NCBI GenBank assembly: GCA_951406725.2
Contig: OX597826.1
Coordinates: 77,624,001-77,688,000 of the forward strand
Reading direction: 5' to 3'
DNA length: 64,000 nucleotides
Source: Octopus vulgaris
Lineage: Eukaryota
Shown: piece by piece, positions 53,474-64,000 of the stretch
Layout of the letters: every line of letters begins with the position of its first letter
How positions within the stretch are numbered: the first letter of the stretch is position 1
Notes under the pieces: model-generated
The model's input: the letters and a program-made list of their open reading frames with translations, nothing else
The model's database searches: none
Told to the model about the DNA's origin: nothing
Made by a program: the position numbers and the translations under genes

Positions 53474-53519
<46 letters not shown>

Positions 53520-54276
53520 ATATAAATAGATATTGTGTCAATATTTGTTGAGAATTTACTCAGTACACGTTTATTAAACTTCGAAGCTTTCCCTTGTAAA
53601 AGTGTACGCGCGTGTGGATCCTTCTTTTCGTGTTGTTTGATGTTAATAATTACATAGGTATAATCCACTGTTGTTTAGATCTAAGTCAGCCTTGATTGTA
53701 CAGAATTAAGATTAATTCAAGGTGTTCGATCCCTAAATTAATCCTGCCTTTTGTAAAGTACGATGCATTGTATGTAGGACGACATTATTCAATATATATT
53801 CCAAAGCAAAATGCAATTTGGCTGTTATTTCTAGCAAGACGAGCAACAGCATTCTAAAACCTCGTTTGTTGACTCGCCTAATTCACAGTTTTTATTTAGT
53901 CCCAGGTCAGCTACGATCGATCTACAAAAGCGATCTATCTGTGTCCATTCCCTCTTTTTTTTTTTTTTTTTTTTGTTCAAACAGTTTCTTAGACAGTTGT
54001 GGTTTGAGGGAGATTTATGACTGCGGCGAGGTGTTACCTGGTTCGCTCGATAATCCGTATTTGAATAGCACGGAGTTTCTCTTAGAATGTGTATAACTTG
54101 TATTAGTGGAGTAAAAAAAAAAATTTAGAAAAAATATCTTCACGAGCTGTAATGAACGACAGGTGAAGAAAAAAGTACCCGGAAAGTAGTTATCTACTTT
54201 CACTTTAGCGAGTATTTTTATAATTTATTTCCTCTGTCCCCGGTTTTCTATCGATCCCACCATTTAATTCCCTATA

Positions 54277-54466
54277 CAGTAATCCCTTGATTAATACCGT
54301 GGGTTTTACATTACAAAACCTCATACAGAAATAATTAAAATCTAAAAAAATATAAATACCTATCGGCCGCAGAAACCCGCGATATAAATTTACATATATT
54401 AGCCAGAAAAATCCGCGAGGCACTGAGAGCGCGATAGGTGAACCGCGATATGGCGAGGGCTTACTG
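54277..54466. mobile_element. Tigger-type MITE with TA TSD
   Basis: TA|cagtaatccct ... agggcttactg|TA. Confidence 0.75.
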
Positions 54467-54934
54467 TATATTTATAGATAAATGGATTCGTGAATGTTTG
54501 TATGTCTAGTTATATATCTTTTACCTTTTACTTGTTTCAGTATTTGGTCTGTGGCCATGTTGGGGCACCACCTTGAAGGGTCTTAGTCAAATAAATTGTC
54601 CCCATTACTTTTTTTTTTTCTCAGCCTGGTTCTTATTCTATCAGTCTCTTTTGCTCCACCGCTAAGTCTCGCAGACGTAATCAAACAAACTAACAATTCA
54701 ACATTAAACTGAAGGATTACTCTGTACTTCATGTTTGTTAAACTCCGCAGTCACTCAACTTTTTCCAACCATAACCTTTAACTTCACGTGTAATTTTATA
54801 ATTTATTTCATAGTTTATTACAAGTTGCTGCTGTTTGTGTTCACAAGAAGAGATCATAGAATAGCGATGCAGTTGTATTTTAGGGTGGCTACCCATGGTT
54901 TTACCGTTTTCCACTACAGGTTGGTACTCCGAAT

Positions 54935-55361
54935 AAGGCGGCGAGCTGGCAGATACGTTAGCACGTCGGGTGAAATGCTTAGCTGTAATTCGTCTGCCGC
55001 TACATTCTGAGTTCAAATTCCGCCGAGGTCGACTTTGCCTTTCATCCTTTCGGGGGTCGATTAAATAAGTACCAGTTACGCACTAGGATCGATATTATCG
55101 ACTTAATATGTTTGTCTGTCCCTGTTTGTCCTCTCTGTGTTTAGCCCCTTGTGGGTAGTAAAGAAATAGAAATAGGTATTTCGTCTGTCTTTATGTTCTG
55201 AGTTCAAATTCCGCCGAGGTCGACTCTGCCTTTCATCCTTTCGGGGGTCGATTAAATAAGTACCAGTTACGCACTAGGGTCGATATAATCGACTTAATCC
55301 GTTTGTCTGTCCTTGTTTGTCCTCTCTGTGTTTAGCCCCTAGTGGATAGTAGTAAAGAAAT
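54935..55361 (+). mobile_element. Family B SINE with internal 3' duplication and TSD
   Basis: TSD aggttg(g/t)tactccga at 54918-54932 and 55362-55376. Confidence 0.85.
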
Positions 55362-56707
55362 AGGTTGTTACTCCGAGATTTTAGTCGACCTTCGAACCTA
55401 GGGACTGTAAACTGGACTAAGAACGTAGAACGGTTAAATATCAGTCGTTTGGAGAATGAGGGGAAAAAATAAGGATTGACAACTTGTAGTAACGAGATTC
55501 CAATATATTACAAACAACCCAAGAACTCTCTCATACACACACATATACACAGATATATATTCACACAGACACGTTTGCGTGTGTATAGGTTCTCTGACTA
55601 TAAACTCTACCAGCGTCCACACCAGCGAACAGTCGCCCTCTTATCACATTGTACCATCAATAGATCCAATCAGGTCAACGTCAAAGAAAGATTCATTCCC
55701 AGCATCCAAGTTCAACAAAGAATGATTTAATTAAGTGCTATAAACACCGAGATGGAACGTTAAGACGGATCGATACTTTCCTTTACGTTGTCGCTCGACC
55801 TGCTAGAAACAACAGCCAAATCTCCCCCAAGGAACACCGTGCTACCTTAATCCAATCTTACGCACACACTAACCCCGAAAAGTTTAAAAAGTCAGTGCGA
55901 TGGTCGCTGCTGGAATGGTTGATTATAGATCTGCTCAATCAAAGCTTAGCTGGGGCTAAATAACTAATCAAAAACATTGGACCTGCTAGAAATAGCAACA
56001 AATCTACCTCAAATCGGAATCTACTACGTGAAATAGGGAGGGAAACATACATACTGTATAATATAGTCATAGATATATTATACTGTACACAAAGACGTGA
56101 TGGTCACAAAAGGAACGTGTTTGCATGAGGGTTTATTGTCCAATATCATAAGAGATTACGTCTGATCTATGGGGCTAAGCGATAACAACACGCGTTTGAT
56201 GGGGCCTTTTTTCCTTCATTCTCCTTGTTGTAGACCAGACATCAGCTTTTCTAGACGAGGTAAAAATTCCTATTAATTATTTACAAAATAATGTCTAGTT
56301 GAGTCATTCATTGATCTCTGGACAACACATTATTTGTGGCTTAAACACGGAATATTGGTGGGGCAGGTTGAATGTGAAACCACACGGTGGAAGTCACCAA
56401 CACCAAGAGTTTCTTTGTTGCTGTTTAGTACAGGAATATTGATTTCTTTTTAGAAGAATTATGAGGCCACATTTCTTTCTATTCTGAATATGAAATGAGG
56501 TATTTACGGAAACAGCAACGTTAAAAAAAATAATAAAACTATATTAGCGAAATCGTTAACTGACTTCGTAAATTAATGGTATCCATCGACGTAGAACTGG
56601 CACTGTTGAGAACAGGACTCGAAACAGTCATACCTTTTTGATGGTCACCAAAGGCATGGACTGGCCGAATCGTTAGATCCTCGGACAAAATGACAACTGT
56701 ATAGGCT

Positions 56708-56928
56708 GTGGCGAGCTGGCAAGAACCGTTAGCATGCCGGGCGAAATGCTTTGCGGTATTTCGTCTGCTGCTACGTTCTGAGTTCAAATTCCGCCGAGGT
56801 CGACTTTGCCTTTCATCCTTTCGGAGTCGATTAAATAAGTACCAGTTATGCACTGGGGTCGATATAATCGACTTAATCCGTCTGTCTGCCCTTGTTTGTC
56901 CTCTCTATGTTTAGCCCTTTGTGGGTAG
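56708..56928 (+). mobile_element. Family B SINE (monomeric)
   Basis: Near-consensus copy; further copies at about 9290, 17505, 32165, 46530, 57056 and 63685. Confidence 0.85.
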
Positions 56929-58280
56929 TTTCACATCCTACGGATTGATCCTGCCAAAATCGATAAAATACCGCCAAGTACTGCCTCCATTTAATCGTCT
57001 GGCCCCTTCTTACAAATGTGAGATCTAAATTTTAGAATTCATTATTTATAATTAGTAAGGCGGTGAACTGCCAGAATCACTACTGCCCCGGATAAAATGG
57101 TAAGCGGTATTTCCTGTCTTTGTGTTCCGAGTTCAAATTCTGCCTTTCATTTTTTTCGGGGTCGATAAAATAAGATCCAGTTGAGTAATGGGGGCGATGT
57201 AACGGACTAGACCCCTCCGCTAAAAAAAAATACTCTCCTAGAAATTATTATAGTTGATAGACAAACACTGCAGACGATGGAAAAATCGTTCGAACGTCGG
57301 ACAAGGATGCTTCTGGTTTTTATTCCCTGCCATTACGTTTCTTTAGCTCAGAAAGTGACTTTGCTTTTTACCCTTCTGAGGTCGATAAAGCAAAGTGCCA
57401 GTCAAGAATTGTGGCCAATTGAATTTCTTGTAAAACAAACTTGATTTTCTTGGAGTTATGTTAAAAGAGCTCGGTATAAAATGAAAACTCCACAGTCCTA
57501 GAATCGAAACCATGTCCACAGGTGTTCCATTGCTGTTCCGCTCCATCTCAACTGTAATAGATCTGTAATCAAAGTCATCCCATTTTTTGGCTTGCAGATA
57601 AGTCAGTTGCTAGTTTTAGACTCTATAGTCAACTGAGCCGCTAAAAATGGCAGTTGCATCGCCTTTAAATCACAAACTATATGACCGTCTTAGATAAGGA
57701 AAGGACGCGATCTATGAATTTAGTCCTACATAAACTGTAAATAGCAGGAGTAAGTTTCTCAAGGGTGAAATGCTTTTGATCATAGACCAGCTTGATCAAG
57801 GTTAACCTGGGACTGGCTAAACAAAAGCTACCACGTAGATATGATCCCGTATTGACTGAGGGTCACGGTTATTATAAATCGGTATATTTGTTATTAACGA
57901 AGAGTAAACATTTTAGGGTGTGGGACGGAAGGGGCTATAAAAAAATAAAACAACAGGGACCTGATAGACTGGCGATAAGATATGAACGTCACATTCTGTA
58001 AAGTATAGGAACCAACGAGGAAGCCCTTCGCAGCCGTTCGACCCGCACACAACTGTATTGAAATAAGATGATCCCAGACGTATACCCTGAAAAAAAGGGC
58101 ATGATGGTCGCACCCCTTGAAGCTAAATAACGTCAGCGCCCTCTTTGCAATTCCTATGCAGCAGGTGATCCCAAATATATTTTCCCAATCATTCTTTTAG
58201 TTTATTATGCTACTTGGTGTTCATTCACAAAAATCCTTTACGCTTATCTAGACATTCTAAGACCCTGGAAGTAGCAGCTA

Positions 58281-58333
58281 GACGACGCTTAGCTGAGGAA
58301 GTCTAATAACGCTGAAACATGTGTGAAGTTGTC
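58281..58333 (+). ncRNA. Degenerate type I hammerhead motif
   Basis: GACGAC..-CUGAGGA-AG(...)CU-GAA-ACAUGUGU-G-..GUUGUC; same helix III string as the 49950 motif, but GUG site and eroded helices. Confidence 0.4.
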
Positions 58334-59249
58334 ACCACATTGCTAAACAACAGTTTCATTCACCCACTGCATTCGATATCGTATTGATTTTAATAAGGAT
58401 CTCGGAGTTGCTACTCTGCATTATTATTATTTTTTTTTTTTTAGAATTAGTCATCTAGATAATGATTCGTAATTCAACTGAAATTTTTTGTTTAACCACA
58501 TTATGTTAACATCCACTTTTTTAATACAATAGGTGTCCCTGGGTAATTTTTCCTCGGTTATATTTTTTAGCAGACGCTGAGCTTACTTATTCATAACGCT
58601 TCACCCTGTGTGTGTCTGTGTGTACCAATAATCTTCCTCGCACCCTCTAAGTGTTTGTCTATATAAAATAATAATAATGAAATTATTGTGTACAGTGCTC
58701 AGGTGCACCACATAATCGCCAGGAACCGGTCACATGCAGTTTTTTTCTGTATCTCTTGTTTGTCATTCGATTGCGACCATACAGGGGCACTTTGTGGGGA
58801 CGGGGTTAGCTGAACAAATGGACCCCAATACTTATTTTTTAAGTTTGGTACTAATTCTATCGGTCGCAATTGCCGAACAGCTAAGTTATAGGGACATAAA
58901 CAAACCATCGTCGGTTGTCAAGCAAAGGTGGGGGCCAAACACGCACATGTTACACAACAGACTTCTTTCAGTTTCCGTCAACCAAATCCACTCATAAGGC
59001 TTCGGTCGGTCTGAAACGAGGACTTGTGTTTCAGTTTCTAAATTTAGTGAAATAAAAGTTTGGAACGAATTAAATTCATTCCAAGAATTTGTTACAAACG
59101 AATTAAAAACCTCGGTTTTCGGTTACAAGTTATAATTAAGATTTCTAGCGTTGACTCAAGGCCAAAAATTCGCAGGAGAGCGGGTATAATTGACCGAATC
59201 TATCCTTGAAAACGGGTGGTGTTTTATTTCAAAGACCCTGCTCGTGTTG

Positions 59250-59440
59250 CTGTTTAGCTCCGTATCTAAGAACATGATCGAGCAGACCCATGATAAAAAG
59301 CTTTCCAACCGTGACCGTCCTGTCACCGAAGTGTATATAGGACTACGTTATCTACCGTATTGTGCCTTCCCCCCTTTCACTCTCATTAAAGACAGGTAGG
59401 GCATGATTTGAAGGAAATTTGGCTGCCATTTCTAGGAGAC
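59250..59440. mobile_element. Dispersed repeat (family F), class unassigned
   Basis: tgatcgagcagacc.atgat.aaa...gatttga.gga.atttggctg.tatttctag module, also at about 14230, 17230, 53680, 55790 (reverse), 57600 (reverse) and 61670. Confidence 0.6.
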
Positions 59441-62400
59441 CGTCTCGTTATCAACCCACAGTTATATTCAAACTAAGAACAACGGCTTTTAAATAATAAA
59501 TGCAAACTATTCCCCCTCTCTTCCATTCGTCCCTTCATTTTACTAACCCCCATTCGGTTTAGGTTAAGCACAGCTCAACAAATAGTGTCACTTCGACCCT
59601 TCCATTGTCTGACAAAGTGATGAATGCGAAATAATACAATGGGAAATTCAACTTTCTTCTTCGACTGACATCACACACCGTGTTCATTTGCTTCTTTAAC
59701 TCGTCTTCAGGATTTGTTTGGGGGTTATTTTTTGTGTACCATATATTAAATAAAGCTTAATTCTTTAAAAATAATTTTAGTTAATTAGGTATTAACAGCG
59801 CTAAGCAAACTACAAGCCAATTATTTGCATAAAACGAGTGCAGCATAAAAGAAATGCATATTTTCAACATTTATTTGTTGAAAGAAAAAGAAAAAAACAT
59901 ACTGTTTGCACCTCAATAAATGTGATATTGGACAAAAATACTGTGGCACCCCACACCTTGCAACCCACGCACCGATATTGGTTAATCCGGGTCTGTCTCC
60001 ACTCACGTTTCTTCCATCTCTCTATCTATAATGTAGACACTTCCAACAGCTAAAAATAACTTATCAATCGGGGTGGCGTAGTCACCATTGCGTACACAGC
60101 AAAGAACACATTCTTTATACACACAAAAGTGCATTGGAAATCATTATAGACAAATACAGAAAGTGCATTAGACAGAAACACACACACACATGTAGATAGA
60201 TTTATAAGAGCGCGCGCACTTGCTTAGGAGACGAAAGAAAAGAGATACTGCAAAATCTCCAACCGCAGCAGTAACATTAGAAGACATTCATATAAAAACA
60301 CGAGACAAATGTTTACAATTTACCTTCGTCTTGAAAAAAAGTAAGAAACCTCGAAGCTAAGAAATCACGATTACTATTTAAATATATAGCAGTTTACGAA
60401 CAAAAGACGAGGCGAAACCTCGCCGGACTACTTTATAACTCCTCTCCATATATTCATGTCTCCATAAACCACAGACACACACACACACTTCGTATGATAT
60501 TATATTATATTTAAGTATGCATGTGTGAAAAGAAATGAATAGGCATAGAGAATGGAGGACAAATACGTGTGTTTTAAGGAGGATAGGTGAGTGAATGCAC
60601 ACAGAGTGAGAAAGACAGACAGAGAAGGAAGAATAAATTCGTTAATATTTTGCGTTCGTAAAAGAACGATAAAGCGTTATTCCTTAATCGAATTTCAGAG
60701 AATGAAAACTGCAATCTTTGTTCATATGTAAAATTGTTTTTAAAAAAATACTTTGTATCTATCTATCTATATATATATATATTATATATATTATATATAT
60801 ATGTATATATATATGTCTGTGTGCGTGTGTGCACCTCACACACTCCGGTTTGCAATCCATATGTAAGAGGCGATTCCAGCAGTAGAAATGGATGTAGTCG
60901 ATAGAAAAAGACAGGCAATATTGTAAATAACAACAACATATATACCAAAACGAAAATGAACAAAATTGTGCAAAAAGAATACAAGAGAAAAGGAAGATTT
61001 GTGTCTGCAGCGTAACTTATTAAATACGAAAATGCACAAAAAAAAACCAGCTAACGGTTTAATTGAACAAAAACGGAGTATTTAGCTTTTACTTACTGCT
61101 TTGAGAAAATAACCAACCAACAGGCTAAGATACTTATCAAAATATATACATATATAGATATATATATACTTGTTAAGGCAACCTTTAAATGTATTGTAAA
61201 CGAGAGGCAAAAGTGCGTGTTCAAAATATTGCGCTTCGTCACATGGATTTAATGCACACACACACACCTCACATAAACGTATATATCTCCGTCAGATATC
61301 TCCAGCAACGCATACCGAAGCTAAACGATCTCATATCATAAATTATTATATTATATAATGTTATATAATGTATAAATTTACAGTTTGAATTAGACACAAT
61401 AAAATGAAGGTAAAAAAAGCGGGCTTTTCCAGACCCCCCTCCGCCTTCTCTCTCTATATATATACATACATATATATATATGTATAGATATATATGTATT
61501 CATATATACAGCTTGCTGCACCCGGTTTCACCTTCTCGTTGCGACCGTTTCATTTTCGTTTACGTCGGTCATGTCATCAACATACCCTTGAGAAAGGCAC
61601 GAGCATTCATTCGGTTTTGTTTCACACATCTGAGGACTTAGGTTTTATATTCGGGCACCATATAAATTGTTGTTAAGCCCCAGGTAAACCTACAGCTAGC
61701 AGTTCTCTCAATAAAGACATGCCATCTGTGACCATCCCGTCATTTGACCTGTGGTTTACGTATGAACGTGCTCGTATGTTATTTTATAGTTTTCACAAAG
61801 AAGATCTAGTAATTCTGTCGGTCTGGCTGACAGCGGGCTGTTGGGGTAAATTGGTTGGCGGGCATGTGTTGAAGCTCATAATATGGCTGGGTTTTGGCTG
61901 TTATTTCTAGAAAGTCGAGCTGTTACGTACAGCAGACATAGGCAACCTTTATCGACAAGCGGGAAGCACTAATAGAAAATATATGATAAATTTAAGGTAA
62001 TTTTTTATTATTTCGCGTGCCATTTACAAAGTGCCGCAGACCCACTATGCGACCTTGGACATCAGAGCGGAAACGAAATTTCCTTAGGGTGTGTAAACCC
62101 CTAGTACAACCCAAGATGTTCGTTTTCATTGTCCACACCCACCCTAACAATAACTTTTAGCGGGTGCACTTGCATTCCCTGTTCCCGAGACTACGGTCTC
62201 GGGTTCAGTCCCACAGCATGACACTGCAGGCAAGTGGGGGTCTCCTGTTATTATTGCACCGAGCCGACCGTAGTTTTGCGAGTGGATTTGGTAGAAGGAA
62301 ACTGCACGGAAGCCTATCGTGTACGTGTCTTGACAGCCGGTGCTGGTTTGTTTGCGTTCCCGTAACTTAACGATTTGGTATAAAACAACGATAGACTTGA

Positions 62401-62973
62401 AAAAAAAAAGCGCCGGTCTTGAAATAAAAGTATTGATTCTTTCAACTAAAACCCTTCAAAGCCTTTCCAATGACTAAAACAGGTAAAAAAAAAATATTTC
62501 GAAACCCTTCAAATAATGTAGGTAACGATTATATCGGAATTTAACGTAAGAGAAAAAAAAAAAATGATGGGCGTGGACACACACACACACACACACACGC
62601 ATCGAATAATTCTTTTCAAAATCTCGACTTTCCCTTCTTAGATAGAACTACAATCATGTAAGCAATCCAAGCTATCGGCAGAATGAACTTTATGTTACTT
62701 GTGGTGATTATTCTCGCCAAACAGCATTTGCCAGTCGTCGTTATTCGAATATTTGAAATATAGCGTCGTTAGTTACGTCTGCAGTAGGTCAATTACTGGT
62801 TCACTACATTCGTGATGGAGGTCACGACAAGGAGGTAATGGGTAAGCTCTAACAGGACAAATATTGTACGAGGTATTTTTATTCCAAAACACCGGTTTAT
62901 TGATTTCACACATCCACACAAACGTGTGTGTGCAGATACACGAGGGCAGCGGAGTGTATTTTGTGTGTGTATA

Positions 62974-63166
62974 GGTACTATTTAAGAAGAGTGGTCCCGG
63001 TGCGCGCACTCGCATAGTTGCGCATCCGCGCTAGCTAGTCGTGACTAGTCGATCCTTATTTTGTGTTTTCGTGTTTTCTTTACTTTGGTAGGTAGTCGTT
63101 ATAGGATCGACTAGTTACGACTAAGCGCGAGTGCGCGCACCGGGACCACTCTTCTTAAATAGTACC
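62974..63166. repeat. GC-rich foldback (MITE-like) with perfect 40-bp arms
   Basis: 62974-63013 is the exact reverse complement of 63127-63166; inner arms 63036-63056 and 63103-63123. Confidence 0.85.
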
Positions 63167-63530
63167 ATATATATATATATATATATATAAAATTTCATCT
63201 AGCATTATCAAATTGTCCCAGTAATTTATCGGTTTACTAAAACTTCTTTTTATCGATCTCGAAAGGATATAATTAAAATTAACCTCGGCAGAATTCGAAC
63301 TCAGAATGTAAAAGGTAACTAATAAATTTGGACCCACATTCTAACGGTTTTGCCAACCCATCACCATATAAAGGTATCTACCACAGACGTAACACTGCGT
63401 GCCCTTGCACAATTCCGTTCGCTAAATTCCACTCACAACGAAAGGTATTCGTCCGTCAGCCGAGATGGTTACCGAATTCTTCATAGGATGTTCCAAAGTC
63501 AACTTGAATTAACAATTCTTTAGGGTAGTT

Positions 63531-63564
<34 letters not shown>

Positions 63565-64000
63565 GCCTGTCTGACTGTCTACCTATCCTTTCTTTCGTTC
63601 TTTCACCCTAACTTCCTTTCTGTCGTTCTTCCTTCTGTATTGTACCTATTATGCAAAGGATCGGCATTGTGAACCTTTTCTATTCTACTCTCGGTACAGA
63701 GCCCGAAATTTTGGGGGAGGAGGCGGAGCCAGTCGATTAGATCGACCCCAGTACGCAAATTTATCCACCCCGAAAGGATGAAAGGCAAAATCGACCTCGG
63801 AGAAATTTGAACTCAACGTAATGACAGACAAACCTTGTCGACCCGACCTTTGCGTCATGTTGGTTCGACTAACTGGGTGTGTGTGTATAAGGGTGCGACC
63901 CGCAAACTGGCCCTGCTGCCATCTATAGGCTGTAGCTTGCATAATAGAACAGGTGCTTTTAAGGGCATATTCAAAACGTTTCCCATAAATGAACTTAAAG

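Noticed and set aside
59650-59712. Minus-strand CUGAAGA...GAAG as a hammerhead
   Set aside because: GAAA absent, and no consistent helices I-III

Overview
AT-rich animal non-coding DNA dense in microsatellites and tRNA-derived SINEs. I recognise the SINE families as octopus (coleoid cephalopod) type from memory, not from a search. No intact protein-coding gene is supported, and nearly all ORFs in the track are microsatellite or SINE artefacts. Recognisable fossils: a DD37D/maT transposase, a Tigger/pogo transposase, an R4/Dong-like RT fragment, RTE LINE fragments, a hAT C-terminus, a complete non-autonomous Helitron and several MITEs. The main signal is a set of type I hammerhead-ribozyme (HHR) motifs from several unrelated small non-coding repeat families. 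Two have canonical cores with long helix II insertions (49088-49215 and 49950-50044, minus strand). One has a compensatory G3-C8 core swap inside a 320-bp palindromic insertion with a 12-bp TSD (38139-38458). A young 299-nt tandem unit carries two U4C-variant HHRs exactly one monomer apart, arranged head-to-head in a (TA)n tract (41322-42150), which is the architecture of a non-autonomous Penelope-like element or retrozyme circRNA. A qualitative CpG transition near 45.6 kb suggests a methylated gene body or intron on the left and a promoter or intergenic region on the right. All folds were derived by eye, and no ribozyme activity is shown.
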